From the NCBI GenBank assembly GCA_964654205.1, contig CAZZHR010000002.1:65800-129799 (forward strand): a stretch of 64,000 bases of DNA, written 5' to 3'. The notes under the pieces were generated by a model. The model saw nothing but the letters and a program-made list of their open reading frames with translations. It was not told the origin of the DNA and did not search any database. The translations under genes were made by a program, and so were the position numbers. Source of the stretch: an uncultured Candidatus Saccharibacteria bacterium (lineage in GTDB: Bacteria > Patescibacteriota > Minisyncoccia > Phycocordibacterales > UBA2100). Of this stretch, positions 30,868 through 40,821 are shown in pieces. How positions within the stretch are numbered: position 1 is the stretch's first letter; the number at the start of each line of letters is the position of its first letter.

Positions 30868-31686
30868 TCACGAACGCTTCTTGCGCGTCGGCCGGCCATG
30901 GTCGTCTTCGATGCGGACAATGTCCTCCTCATCGAAATCGCCGTATGCGACCTCCACGACGATGCCGCCTTTCTTCGACTCGAGCCTGTGTACCTGTTTC
31001 TTGCCCACACAGTACGTCTCGCCCCTTTTGAGCCTCACCTGCTCCGCTTTGCCCTTTGCATCGTGGAGGGTCGCTAAGGCATCGCCCTCTACAAGGAGCC
31101 AGCACTCGCTGCGACGATGATGGTATTGCAGACTCAACCGACTCTTGGGCTTTATGTAAATGGTCTTGAGATTCCAGTCCTTGCCACTGTCCCAGCCGTA
31201 GTATTCGCCCCACGGCCGTACTGTTTTCTTCACCGGTTTTGCCGCTTTCGCGATCATCCAGGACGAAGACTGTACTTTCCCTCCGTGACCAACTCGGTAC
31301 TTCCGCGCGATGCCGAGCTCGATGCACACAGAGTCCTCTGGCGTATTCGACTGTACCCTGTCGCCGCCATTGGCGAAGACGTGCGGGCGCAGCTTCCGGA
31401 GCGTGCGCGAGACACTCATATCGGGGTCGTTCTCCGCGTGGTCGGTGAGCACCACCTTGTCGACGAACGGGAGCGACCGTATCATCTCTGCGCGCTCTTT
31501 CTCCGGCATAAAAGCGAAACCTTTCTTAGACTTGAGCCAATTGTCATTGTTGATGATGACAACAAGCTTGTCGCCGAGCTTCTTTGCCTCCTTAAACATA
31601 CGCACATGTCCGATATGGAGTGGGTCGAACCCCCCCGACACAGCGACCCATCGAACCTTTTTGCTACCGTATCGTGCCTTGGCCAT
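30868..31686 (-). CDS. bifunctional cytidylyl/adenylyltransferase-like domain (RfaE-II / TagD type) fused to a cupin (type II phosphomannose-isomerase-like) domain
   Basis: N-terminal VAVSGGFDPLHIGHVRMF (HxGH nucleotidyltransferase). C-terminal RPWGEY...SLQYHHRRSECWLLVEGDA (cupin motif). Confidence 0.82.
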   Translation of the reverse strand: MAKARYGSKKVRWVAVSGGFDPLHIGHVRMFKEAKKLGDKLVVIINNDNWLKSKKGFAFMPEKERAEMIRSLPFVDKVVLTDHAENDPDMSVSRTLRKLRPHVFANGGDRVQSNTPEDSVCIELGIARKYRVGHGGKVQSSSWMIAKAAKPVKKTVRPWGEYYGWDSGKDWNLKTIYIKPKSRLSLQYHHRRSECWLLVEGDALATLHDAKGKAEQVRLKRGETYCVGKKQVHRLESKKGGIVVEVAYGDFDEEDIVRIEDDHGRPTRKKRS

Positions 31687-31718
31687 AGTGGCGTCATCCT
31701 AGCAGAGAGGGCGCACGC

Positions 31719-32459
31719 ATGCGAACTCCTCTATATAATAGGGCTGTGGCGCATATATCACTTATCTTACCCGCGATAGACGAGACGAATTCGCTAGAAG
31801 AGACTGTCCGACTTTCACGTAAGGCACTTTCGTCGCACGACCTCGAGTTTCTCATCGTGACATCTCCCGCCTTTACGACAGGTCCTTGTCTTCGCACAAT
31901 CGAGAATCTGACGACCAACAACCCCGACATTCGACACATCGTGCAAACACTGCCGGGTGTCGGCGGCGCCATACGTAATGCGTTCGATGTTGCGAAGGGC
32001 GAATACACGGTACTCATGGCGAGCGACCTTGAGACTGACCCCGTCGCACTTCCGGCACTCATACAAAAATTGGAGGATGGATTCGACATCGCCGCTACGA
32101 CCCGGTGGCGCGGTGGCGCACATTTCGTAGGCTACCATCCTGTGAAACTTGTATTCAACTACGCATTTCAAAAACTATTTCGCATACTCTACTGGACAGA
32201 CCTCACAGACATGACATACGCATACCGCGCGTACCGCACACCAATAGTAAAACGCATCAGGTGGGAAGAAACGCGGCATCCTTTCCTTTTCGAGAGTATC
32301 GTGAAGCCACTGCGGCTGGGGTACAGAGTGACCGAAGTCGACACCTCATGGAAAGCTCGTTCGGAAGGCGTCTCGCACGGACGACTCACGGACACTCTGA
32401 ACTACGCAAAAGTAGGTCTCAGAGTCCGCTTTATGCCCGCGTCGGAGTTGGTATACTAG
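31719..32459 (+). CDS. GT2 polyprenol-phosphate glycosyltransferase (DPM1/ArnC-like)
   Basis: ISLILPAIDETNSLEETV and MASDLETDP (DxD-like). The alternative in-frame start GTG 31746 has TATAAT 6 nt upstream. Confidence 0.82.
   Translation: MRTPLYNRAVAHISLILPAIDETNSLEETVRLSRKALSSHDLEFLIVTSPAFTTGPCLRTIENLTTNNPDIRHIVQTLPGVGGAIRNAFDVAKGEYTVLMASDLETDPVALPALIQKLEDGFDIAATTRWRGGAHFVGYHPVKLVFNYAFQKLFRILYWTDLTDMTYAYRAYRTPIVKRIRWEETRHPFLFESIVKPLRLGYRVTEVDTSWKARSEGVSHGRLTDTLNYAKVGLRVRFMPASELVY
31734..31739 (+). promoter_or_regulatory. -10 box TATAAT 6 nt before in-frame GTG 31746
   Basis: The sequence reads ctaTATAATagggctGTG. The divergent intergenic gap is only 32 nt. Confidence 0.4.
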
Positions 32460-32559
32460 CCGCAACTCATATGCGTCCAGCTCTCATCACCCCGATACCA
32501 CAATGCTACGCATTGGCTACGGGGCAGGCCGGCGGCATACCTGGTGAGATTTCCTGACT

Positions 32560-33627
32560 ATGAAAAACAAACCGACACTGATTACTGGAGGTTGCGGCTT
32601 CGTTGGACGCCACCTCACGAAAAGCCTCATCGAACGAGGCTATCGAGAAATATGGATTATTGACAACATCGCTCTTGAGAGTGCACACCGTCCACACAGC
32701 TGGCTCTCGGCACGATGGCAAGAGTCCAGTGAGGGCGACGCGCTCATGTATAAGAAAGATGATGTATCGATACGATTCCTCGAGCGCGACGCGCTCGAAG
32801 TGTTCGCTACCCAGCCCGCCGGCGAATTTCCTCAGTTCGGCGATGTCTTCCACCTTGCTTCTATTGTAGGCGGGCGAACGCTTATCGATGGTGACCCCCT
32901 CCTCGTCGCACGTGACCTCGGTATCGATGCCGCGCTATTTCTTTGGCTCTCCCGTGATTCTATGCGCGCCGAACGCGTACTGTACGCTTCATCATCCGCT
33001 GCCTATCCCACGAGACTCCAGGGAGAGAGTGGTGCTGTCGCGCTCAAAGAGTCATTCATAGAATTCTCGGGCGGAACGCTTGGCCAGCCGGACATGACAT
33101 ACGGCTGGGCGAAACTCACCGGCGAGTACCTCGCAAAGCTCGCGCACGAAAAGTACGGCATGCACGTCGCCTGCGTCCGACCATTTTCCGGATATGGGGA
33201 GGATCAAGACCTCACATATCCCACCCCATCTATCGCTCTGCGTGTCGCACGCGGTGACGACCCCATAGAGGTTTGGGGTACCGGTACGCAAGGGCGCGAT
33301 TTCGTGCACATTGACGACTGCGTCGACGCATTCTTCGCTGTACTCGAGAAAGTGTCCGACGGCTCCGCCATCAATATCGGCACTGGGACGCCCACGACAT
33401 TCATTGAATTGATAGAACGCATGCTTACACTCGAAGGTCGTGCAGCAGGAATCAAGCCTCTTTCTGACAAACCGGTCGGAGTGACGACGCGATATGCGGA
33501 CACTACTATGATGGACGAGCGAGTACAGTGGCAGCCGAAAATATCGCTCGACGAGGGACTGCGCCGTGTACTCGACGGTGCGAGACAACGCCTCGCGGGA
33601 AACCCGCTTCCATTCTGCATCGTATGA
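32560..33627 (+). CDS. NAD-dependent nucleotide-sugar epimerase/dehydratase (extended SDR)
   Basis: LITGGCGFVGRHL Rossmann motif and YGWAK (YxxxK). Confidence 0.88.
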   Translation: MKNKPTLITGGCGFVGRHLTKSLIERGYREIWIIDNIALESAHRPHSWLSARWQESSEGDALMYKKDDVSIRFLERDALEVFATQPAGEFPQFGDVFHLASIVGGRTLIDGDPLLVARDLGIDAALFLWLSRDSMRAERVLYASSSAAYPTRLQGESGAVALKESFIEFSGGTLGQPDMTYGWAKLTGEYLAKLAHEKYGMHVACVRPFSGYGEDQDLTYPTPSIALRVARGDDPIEVWGTGTQGRDFVHIDDCVDAFFAVLEKVSDGSAINIGTGTPTTFIELIERMLTLEGRAAGIKPLSDKPVGVTTRYADTTMMDERVQWQPKISLDEGLRRVLDGARQRLAGNPLPFCIV

Positions 33628-34724
33628 AGACGGCAATCGTCACCACAACGATATACGTGCCGAGACTCTTGGCTTCCTATGCCGACGACGCAAAGAAGCA
33701 CGGACACAACCCTATCTTTATCGTAGTCGCGGACAAGAAAACACCGCCGGAGGCCGAGGCGTTCTGCGCAGAACTCGCGAAAACATCGGGGTTTCGCGTC
33801 GAGTACTTTACGGTCGAGCGTCAGGACGAATACCTCTCTCGCTTCCCTGCACTGAAGGCTCACTTACCGTGGAATTGCATCCAGAGGCGCAATGTCGGGC
33901 TCCTCTATGCGTTTGAAGAAGGTTGCGAGACGATTATTACGATTGACGACGACAACTTCCGCGTAACTGAAGACTACATAGGAGCGCATGTTGTCAGCGG
34001 CGAGCGCGAGTGCGACGTAATCTCGACGACAACAGGCTGGCTCAACGTGTGTACTACTCTGAAAGAAAAGCACGGCCGGACTTTCTATCACCGCGGCTTC
34101 CCCCTCGAGAAGCGTCATCTTGAAGAAAACTGGAAGACACAAACACAGACCGTGCGGCCAGTCGTCAACGCCGGTCTCTGGCTCGGCGACCCGGACGTCG
34201 ACGCCATGGAGCGGCTCTACTGGTCCAATGAGCCGACAGAAGCGACCGAATACACAAGCACGCAAAACTACGCTCCGTCAAAGGGCATATGGACGCCTTT
34301 CAATTCACAGAACACCGCCATTGCGCGCCGAGCTATCCCCGCGTATTTTCTCAGTCCCATGGTCGGCCGGTACGATGACATTTGGGCCGCCTACATCATC
34401 AAAAGAATCGCGGACCACCTTGGCGAGTCCATCGTTTTCGGCGAACCTATCGTTCGACAAGAGCGGAACCCGCACAACTATTGGAAAGATCTCGACAATG
34501 AACGCTACGGGCATGCGCTCACTCTTCGTTTTACGCAGGTGCTCGATTCGATTGACCTAGAGGGAAAGGATTACGGCGAGTGCTACGCGGAACTCGTCGA
34601 CTCGCTGCCGACTACATTTACGTCGCTTGGCAAACTCTCCGACGTGGAGGACGCGTTCGTCGCCGGGTATTTTGAGGGTATGAGAGTATGGCGCGAGACA
34701 TTCCCTACCCAGCCCGGACAGTAA
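33624..34724 (+). CDS. reversibly-glycosylated-polypeptide (RGP, GT75) family protein, UDP-arabinopyranose-mutase-like
   Basis: TIDDDNF, HRGFPLEKR, GLWLGDPDVDA and GRYDDIWAAYI parallel the plant RGP motifs TIDDDCF, VRGYPFSLR, GLWLNIPDYDA and GRYDDMWAG. ATGA overlap with the upstream SDR gene. Confidence 0.75.
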   Translation: MKTAIVTTTIYVPRLLASYADDAKKHGHNPIFIVVADKKTPPEAEAFCAELAKTSGFRVEYFTVERQDEYLSRFPALKAHLPWNCIQRRNVGLLYAFEEGCETIITIDDDNFRVTEDYIGAHVVSGERECDVISTTTGWLNVCTTLKEKHGRTFYHRGFPLEKRHLEENWKTQTQTVRPVVNAGLWLGDPDVDAMERLYWSNEPTEATEYTSTQNYAPSKGIWTPFNSQNTAIARRAIPAYFLSPMVGRYDDIWAAYIIKRIADHLGESIVFGEPIVRQERNPHNYWKDLDNERYGHALTLRFTQVLDSIDLEGKDYGECYAELVDSLPTTFTSLGKLSDVEDAFVAGYFEGMRVWRETFPTQPGQ

Positions 34725-35055
34725 CGACGACACCAAGCAGTATCATCGCCAGGCCTATGGCCTGGAAAAGGGTGATGCGCTCGCCGAGGAGAATCGCTGC
34801 ACCTGTAGTGAGCACAAACGTCATACCTATCATAATGGGGTAGCCTACGGCGAGCGGCACAGAGCGCAGCGCGAGGAGGTAGAAACCGAGATTGAGTGCA
34901 AAGAGGACAGCAGCGCTCGCAGCGTACAGATGAGCAGCCGTGAACTCAAACCTAAACAATGCAGAAAAGGAAAACTGATTCGCAGCAGCAAACTTGAGCA
35001 GCACGTTCGCTGCAGCGTTGAGCGTGAAAGCGAGTGCGAGAAACATTAGGTTCAT
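34705..35055 (-). CDS. SMR/EamA-like 4-TM small transporter (ArnE/F-type lipid-linked sugar flippase candidate)
   Basis: 116 aa with four hydrophobic helices and an EmrE-like size. TAGACT lies 6 nt upstream of the ATG. Confidence 0.65.
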   Translation of the reverse strand: MNLMFLALAFTLNAAANVLLKFAAANQFSFSALFRFEFTAAHLYAASAAVLFALNLGFYLLALRSVPLAVGYPIMIGMTFVLTTGAAILLGERITLFQAIGLAMILLGVVVTVRAG

Positions 35056-35069
35056 AGCGTAAGTCTATA

Positions 35070-36605
35070 CTATTCGTCCGACGGTAGCGTGCGCCAAATA
35101 CCGATACCTTTCTCGCCGCCTACCCTATGAATCTCCGAAAGATTCGCCCATGGGCTCTCGACACCCAAGAACTGCCTGTAACGATACTGGATATAGAGAT
35201 CAAAATCTGCAAGATAACCAATATGCTCCTCATCGAGATACGCCCAGAGTCTGCGCTCTCGGAGAGCAGAGGCCGCTTCATTGTTCACAAGCCCGTCGAG
35301 ATTAACGATTCTATGCTCGGAGAAATAGGCTTGCACGCCCGCGTTGAATACACCTATCGTAGAATTCTCGGGCAGGTTCTCGTTCATCCAATGCGCAGCC
35401 TCGTACATGACAAGTTGCTGCGACTGCGCATACCGAAGATCTTTTTCCCAAGCGAAAACAAAAAGGGCTCCGACAGCAAGCGCACAAACTGCTGACGGGA
35501 GTGGTCGCAGCCACCCCCCTTCCCGCCACCTTCCGAGCATCCAGGCTACGAATAGGACGAAGAAGATATTGAACGCCACAAAGTACCATTCTCGAAACGT
35601 CCATCGAATGCTCGCGCTGGTTATGAAATGAAGCAATGTCCCCGCAAAAAGAAAAGCTTCTACTGGCATTTTCAGATTCACAAACCGCTCTCGTGCAGAG
35701 ATTGCCCACGCAATAACTGCACCAATAAACATGAGCGCCAAGAGAGGCGCGCCAGTTTGGTCGATAACCTGGCGTACTGCGCGCTCTGTCATGTATACGA
35801 CTGCTTTCATCTGCACGAAAAGACCCTCTCCGTTGTCTACTTTCACCAATTCATGATTTACGATAGTTGAGGAAACAGACGAAGATGTGAACAGCATGCC
35901 GAAATTCACGAAATTCCACGCAAGCCACGGTGCAACAAAGACTGTCGCTACTAGGCCAGCAGCAATTGAGTGTCGAATACCGACTACGAAGCCGTGTCGA
36001 TACATTAGAAACACGAAAAAGAGCAAGAGGTAGAATACATTGTCGAGTCGGGCAAGCATGAGGAGACCCGCCGCGGCTCCGACGAACAGAAGTCGAAGCA
36101 TTGTCGGCGACTCACTGTAACGGACAGCGGCGAGCACGGTAGTAGATAGAAGCGCCAATGACAGCGGCGTTTCAAGTCCTGACGACATTCCGTAGAGGAC
36201 AAATGGATTGAAGAGCCAGAGTGCTAGTGCACTGGCTTGTACCCAGACACTATTCGTGTACCGGCGCAGAATGAATAAAAGGGTCACTGCGGTCAATGCG
36301 CTCAGAAGCACCGAGAGTGCAAGCGCCGCCCGGACGGGTTCGATATCCATTTCACTGCCCGTGGAAAATATTGAGAAGATTCCCGTGAGCATGACGAGCC
36401 AAAGCGGATGAAATCCATTCGTCGGATTCTCGCCGTCAAAGGTCACGCCGTTCCCCTCAATGATATTGCGCGCGATTTGGAAATAGTAGAATGAATCATC
36501 AGGGATAAGATCCGAGAGCCAGAAAGAGAGCGGCTGAAAGACCATCCACAGCTGGAGTATTAAGCCGACTGCAACAGTCAGGTACGGCAGCGGTCGCGCA
36601 GTCAT
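35070..36605 (-). CDS. GT-C fold membrane glycosyltransferase (ArnT/PMT-like)
   Basis: At least 10 TM helices and a first-loop DDSFYYFQIARNI motif typical of GT-C enzymes. The start is ATG 36605 or TTG 36614. Confidence 0.7.
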   Translation of the reverse strand: MTARPLPYLTVAVGLILQLWMVFQPLSFWLSDLIPDDSFYYFQIARNIIEGNGVTFDGENPTNGFHPLWLVMLTGIFSIFSTGSEMDIEPVRAALALSVLLSALTAVTLLFILRRYTNSVWVQASALALWLFNPFVLYGMSSGLETPLSLALLSTTVLAAVRYSESPTMLRLLFVGAAAGLLMLARLDNVFYLLLFFVFLMYRHGFVVGIRHSIAAGLVATVFVAPWLAWNFVNFGMLFTSSSVSSTIVNHELVKVDNGEGLFVQMKAVVYMTERAVRQVIDQTGAPLLALMFIGAVIAWAISARERFVNLKMPVEAFLFAGTLLHFITSASIRWTFREWYFVAFNIFFVLFVAWMLGRWREGGWLRPLPSAVCALAVGALFVFAWEKDLRYAQSQQLVMYEAAHWMNENLPENSTIGVFNAGVQAYFSEHRIVNLDGLVNNEAASALRERRLWAYLDEEHIGYLADFDLYIQYRYRQFLGVESPWANLSEIHRVGGEKGIGIWRTLPSDE

Positions 36606-36638
36606 ACGAGTCAATGGATTCTAGCGAGTACAGTATGG

Positions 36639-36644
36639 CATACT
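36639..36644 (+). promoter_or_regulatory. -10 box tggCATACT 6 nt before ATG 36651
   Basis: The sequence reads tatggCATACTacccgcATG. A divergent TAGAAT lies at 36618-36623 on the minus strand. Confidence 0.4.
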
Positions 36645-36650
36645 ACCCGC

Positions 36651-37913
36651 ATGAAACAACGCCTGCTGGGACTGATAGATCAGGCGAGCGGGTTGCTCCG
36701 CACGGATCTCCGCTATTCGATGTCGGGCGGCTTTTTTCTTACGGCCATGCAAATCACGAGCGCTATCATCAGCTTTGGCCTCACAGTAGCGTTCGCCAAC
36801 CTGCTCCCGGTTGATACATATGGTACGTACCGGTACATGCTCGCAGCATACGCCATCCTTTCCATCTTCGCGCTCCCAGGCATAGAGACCGCCCTCATGC
36901 GAGCAGTATCCGTCGGCAAGGAAGGTGCGTTCGCAGAAAGTCTGCGGACCAAATTCCGGTGGGGATTACTAGGCTCGCTCGCCGCCGTCTTCTACGCTGG
37001 TTATCTTTTCTCTCAGGACAGCATGGTAATGGCCGGCCTTTTCATTGTCGTTGCACTCATGCTCCCGGCGATGGAATCCCTAGCCCTGTACAGCACCTTC
37101 TTCAACGGCAAGAAGCTTTTTCGACAGTGGGCTGCGTTCGATATTGCCGCGCAGCTGCTGTCAGTAACGGCGCTCGTTGGGGCGATGATCGCTACGAAAA
37201 ACATCGTAGCGCTCCTGCTCGCCTACTTCCTGCCATACATCATCGTCCGCGTAATCGGAAGCTGGTACGTGAAGGAGTATCACGTGACAAGCGACACACC
37301 AGACAGCGAGCTCATGCCGTACGCTAAATCTGTTACATTCTTTCAAATCATTTCGAAGATTTCTTCCTCGCTCGACCAAATAGTCCTCTACCACGTGCTA
37401 GGTCCCGCGCAGGTCGCCATCTATTCGCTCGCGATGGCTATCCCGAATCGGGCTCAGGGATTATTCAAAATCAGCGGTATTCTCGCGTTCCCCAAATTCG
37501 CCGCCCGAACGAGCGGAGAAGTCGTGTATACGCTACCGAGAAAGATGCTTCTTTTCGGTGCCGGCATCATGCTTGTGTGTGTGGTGTACGTGCTTATAGC
37601 GCCGTACCTATTTGCACTTCTCTTCCCACAATATATGGCATCTCTCACCTACTCGCAGGTCGCGATATTCTTTACACTTTCTGCCGTGACCTACCCGTTT
37701 AGTTCGTTCCTATTTTCGCATAAAAGACTCGCGGAGAATTACGCAATCTCGCTCGGGAGCTTCTTCAGTAAAATTATTGCGCTCGCCGTATTCGTTCCTT
37801 TTTACGGTATCTGGGGCGCGATTATTAGCGTCCTAGTCGCGTCCGCTACCACAACCACGATATCGGTCATCGTACTGTGGCGCGAGCGACGCAGCTCTCC
37901 TGTCGCTTCCTAG
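36651..37913 (+). CDS. Wzx-type oligosaccharide/polysaccharide flippase (MOP superfamily)
   Basis: 420 aa, about 12 TM helices, with Polysacc_synt-like organisation. Confidence 0.78.
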   Translation: MKQRLLGLIDQASGLLRTDLRYSMSGGFFLTAMQITSAIISFGLTVAFANLLPVDTYGTYRYMLAAYAILSIFALPGIETALMRAVSVGKEGAFAESLRTKFRWGLLGSLAAVFYAGYLFSQDSMVMAGLFIVVALMLPAMESLALYSTFFNGKKLFRQWAAFDIAAQLLSVTALVGAMIATKNIVALLLAYFLPYIIVRVIGSWYVKEYHVTSDTPDSELMPYAKSVTFFQIISKISSSLDQIVLYHVLGPAQVAIYSLAMAIPNRAQGLFKISGILAFPKFAARTSGEVVYTLPRKMLLFGAGIMLVCVVYVLIAPYLFALLFPQYMASLTYSQVAIFFTLSAVTYPFSSFLFSHKRLAENYAISLGSFFSKIIALAVFVPFYGIWGAIISVLVASATTTTISVIVLWRERRSSPVAS

Positions 37914-38865
37914 CAATGCAGTACAAGGATATGTAGCGCTTTCTTGTCGGGAGCATGACGAGGTAGATGATGATAGCTGGTATCCCAAATAGAACCGCGT
38001 CCTTCATCGACGCAAGTGTCGCAGTAACAGATATGACTCGCTCCTTCGGACTTCCTATATGAATGTGGCCATCATTCCGGAGTGCGCGCTTGGTTTTGTC
38101 GACAAGACCGAAGGAGAATGCTGTGCCATAGAGGAACCGCAACTTCACAATAAGGTAACGCAGCCCACCGAAGTATCGAGTCATGTAGACAATTTCGAAC
38201 CCATGTCGCTCAAGATACATTTGAAGAGAGTGTCTGTCCCAGCACGTGAGGTGTCGGGGTGGAAGGTCGCCGCGCATGAGCCAGTCGGCATGGTGCCTAT
38301 AAGGCATCGACATGGCGACGTATCCCCCATCTCGAAGTGATTGTTTGACCGCTTCGATAAAGTCGGCGTGATTATCGATATGTTCAAACACGTCAAAAAA
38401 TGTTACGAGGTCGAACTTTCTCTCTGGATGCTTGCGCGCATACTCAATGATGTCCCCGAGCTCGACATTGGGCAGTTGAAAAAGTGTGTTCGCGACCCGT
38501 ACCGCATCTCGATCAAAATCCAGCCCATAGGGATCCCATTTTTGAGAACGTGCGTAGTACAGAAAATTGCCCGTCCCACAGCCGACGTCGAGCACGCGGC
38601 CATACATCGGTGCGAGTTTCGAGATAACTTTGAGATGGTTCCAATTCGGCTTCATAAGCGGATCTCTGTTGCGACCGGCGTATCGTGTATCTTTTTCGTA
38701 CCATTCAGCGCCTGGATTTTTCAAAGGGGACCAAAACCACGCATCGCATGTGCCGCAGTCAAAGAGCATATAGGTTATGCCACTATCTTCGTGTGTGCGA
38801 CCGCGCGGTCTCGCATCGGTTGCTCCGCATAAAGGACATATCGATGCAGGTACCGTCTGTGCCAT
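37867..38865 (-). CDS. class I SAM-dependent methyltransferase with an N-terminal Cys4 zinc ribbon and a C-terminal TM
   Basis: CPLCG...CGTC ribbon and the VLDVGCGTGNF motif I. Trimmed to MAQTVPAS, because the upstream part of the ORF is antisense to the radical SAM gene. Confidence 0.8.
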   Translation of the reverse strand: MAQTVPASICPLCGATDARPRGRTHEDSGITYMLFDCGTCDAWFWSPLKNPGAEWYEKDTRYAGRNRDPLMKPNWNHLKVISKLAPMYGRVLDVGCGTGNFLYYARSQKWDPYGLDFDRDAVRVANTLFQLPNVELGDIIEYARKHPERKFDLVTFFDVFEHIDNHADFIEAVKQSLRDGGYVAMSMPYRHHADWLMRGDLPPRHLTCWDRHSLQMYLERHGFEIVYMTRYFGGLRYLIVKLRFLYGTAFSFGLVDKTKRALRNDGHIHIGSPKERVISVTATLASMKDAVLFGIPAIIIYLVMLPTRKRYISLYCIARKRQESCVARATVR

Positions 38866-38976
38866 ACAAGAAGTGAATGCGTGACACTTTAGCATGAATT
38901 GAACCGAGTGGCTTAGTCTGATAAGGTTGCTCTGGATGGGCTCTTTGACAGAGGGCCGCAACGAAGGGGTGAAACG

Positions 38977-40740
38977 ATGAAGAAAAAGTTCATCCTCGCG
39001 GCTCGCTATTACAGCATCGAGCCGCTGGGGATCCTGTACTTGGCCGGTCTCGTGAAAGCGATGCCGGACTGGGACTGCAAGGTGGTGCTCGTTCGCGAGT
39101 ACAATTTTGAGGAGCTCTACGATGCCGTGCGAAGCTGGCAGCCTGACCTGGTCGGCTTCCAGATCTGGACGGGATACCACATTCCCGCCTTCGCCGCCTG
39201 CGACCGCATACGGGGTATGGGCGTGCCCGTCGTGATAGGCGGCCCGCACGCTACGTACTTCTCGGATGAATGCAAGAAGCATGCAGAGTGGGTAGTCCAA
39301 GGAAGCGGCTTCGGCCTCCTCCAGAAGATACTCACGGGTCTTGGTGGCGGCGTTCACTTCGACAAGTCGGGCCGAGAAGAGGTTTTCCCCCTTCCTGACC
39401 GCGACGTCGTCTACAATGCGTATCCCGAGTTGGGTAACAGCCCGATTAAGAGCATCTTCGGCTCAGTCGGGTGCCCAATGACGTGCACGTACTGTTATGC
39501 GCCCTCGTTCAACGAGATGCATGGTGGCTTCAAACTAACCGTGCGTCCCGTCGACGACATCGTGCGCGAGGCGAAGGCGATCATGGAGCAGTGGCCACTT
39601 CGAATGGTCTACTTCCAGGACGACATTTTCGGGTACAACATCCGTTGGCTCGAGGAGTTCTCCAAGAAGTGGAAATCCGAGGTTGGAGTCCCGTACCACT
39701 GCCAGATCCGATTGGAGCTGACCCGACACGACAAAGGCGATCAGCGCCTAGACCTCTTCGCTGAAGGCGGCTGCAGCGGCATTACGCTCGCGATAGAAAG
39801 TGGCAACGCTTTTCTTCGCGACCGCGTGCTCTTCCGCCACATGCCCGACGAACTCATCGTCGAGGGATGCCGGAAGATCATGGATCGAGGGATGACGCTC
39901 CGGACGGAGCAGATTCTCGCGGTGCCCTTTAGCGACACGGTCACAGACCTCGCGACGCTCGACCTCAATAACCGTATCAGACCTACGATGGCGTGGACAT
40001 CGATCCTCGCCCCCTATGCCGGGACGGACATGGGCACGATCGCGAAGAATTTCGGATTCTATGACGGCAACAACGATGACCTGTCGGAATCTTTCTTCGA
40101 CAGGAGCGTACTCCGACATGTCGAAGGAGGCCCGCGGGACATCGAGGCAATCGTTGAAAAATCCGGAACTCCCGCGAACGTGCACGCGGCGAAGCAACCG
40201 CTTTTGAGCCTTCGGGCGCACAGGCGCAACAGCTACGACGCAGATGTGGTCGACAAGACTGGATTGAAGCACGGCACTATTCGGTATCTGGACCAGGTCG
40301 ACAACGAGAGGTACTGCAGGGACACCGTTCGTCTTCAGCGCCTGTTCAACTGGCTGGCAATGGTGCCGCAGGCAGCGAAGCTCGGACGCATGCTTGTGGA
40401 CATTCCGGAGGAGGAGTGGACATGGGCACGCATCGGCCGCGAGAGCGAGAAGCACCTGCACGATACGGGCGTCGGCGACGTGGAGTCATGGAAGCGCGAG
40501 CTTGCACGCGAAATGTCCGTCGAGGTATTGCCCGAGCCGATCGCTCAAAACATTCCGTTCTTCGCGCACTTCCCTGCGGGAGGCGTGCTCGCGCGGAGCG
40601 TGGTGGAAAAAGATGTCCTGCGTTCCACGAGAACGACGGGCGAGGCACTCGATGAACTCGGGACACTCGCGCGCCGGCACCTCTTCCACTTCGGCCTCTA
40701 CAAGATCGAAGAAGGATTGGCGCCGATCGCAAGTCGCTGA
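38977..40740 (+). CDS. B12-binding-domain radical SAM enzyme
   Basis: An N-terminal cobalamin-binding-like Rossmann region (IEPLGILYLAG...VVIGGPHAT), then GSVGCPMTCTYCYAPSF (CxxxCxxC). GGGGTG Shine-Dalgarno (SD, ribosome-binding) sequence upstream. Confidence 0.88.
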   Translation: MKKKFILAARYYSIEPLGILYLAGLVKAMPDWDCKVVLVREYNFEELYDAVRSWQPDLVGFQIWTGYHIPAFAACDRIRGMGVPVVIGGPHATYFSDECKKHAEWVVQGSGFGLLQKILTGLGGGVHFDKSGREEVFPLPDRDVVYNAYPELGNSPIKSIFGSVGCPMTCTYCYAPSFNEMHGGFKLTVRPVDDIVREAKAIMEQWPLRMVYFQDDIFGYNIRWLEEFSKKWKSEVGVPYHCQIRLELTRHDKGDQRLDLFAEGGCSGITLAIESGNAFLRDRVLFRHMPDELIVEGCRKIMDRGMTLRTEQILAVPFSDTVTDLATLDLNNRIRPTMAWTSILAPYAGTDMGTIAKNFGFYDGNNDDLSESFFDRSVLRHVEGGPRDIEAIVEKSGTPANVHAAKQPLLSLRAHRRNSYDADVVDKTGLKHGTIRYLDQVDNERYCRDTVRLQRLFNWLAMVPQAAKLGRMLVDIPEEEWTWARIGRESEKHLHDTGVGDVESWKRELAREMSVEVLPEPIAQNIPFFAHFPAGGVLARSVVEKDVLRSTRTTGEALDELGTLARRHLFHFGLYKIEEGLAPIASR

Positions 40741-40763
40741 ATTCGTTGCTTCACAGTTCTTCC

Positions 40764-40794
40764 GCCCCGGGCTTGTCCCGGGGCCTTTTCTTTT
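40764..40794 (+). terminator. rho-independent terminator: GCCCCGGG/CCCGGGGC, then CTTTTCTTTT
   Basis: An 8-bp GC stem, a 5-nt loop and a T-rich tail, 24 nt after the radical SAM stop. Confidence 0.75.
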
Positions 40795-40809
40795 ACTACG
40801 ATTCCTGGC

Positions 40810-40815
40810 TATACT
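40810..40815 (+). promoter_or_regulatory. -10 box tggcTATACT 6 nt before ATG 40822
   Basis: The sequence reads ctggcTATACTcgccgcATG. Confidence 0.45.
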
Positions 40816-40821
40816 CGCCGC

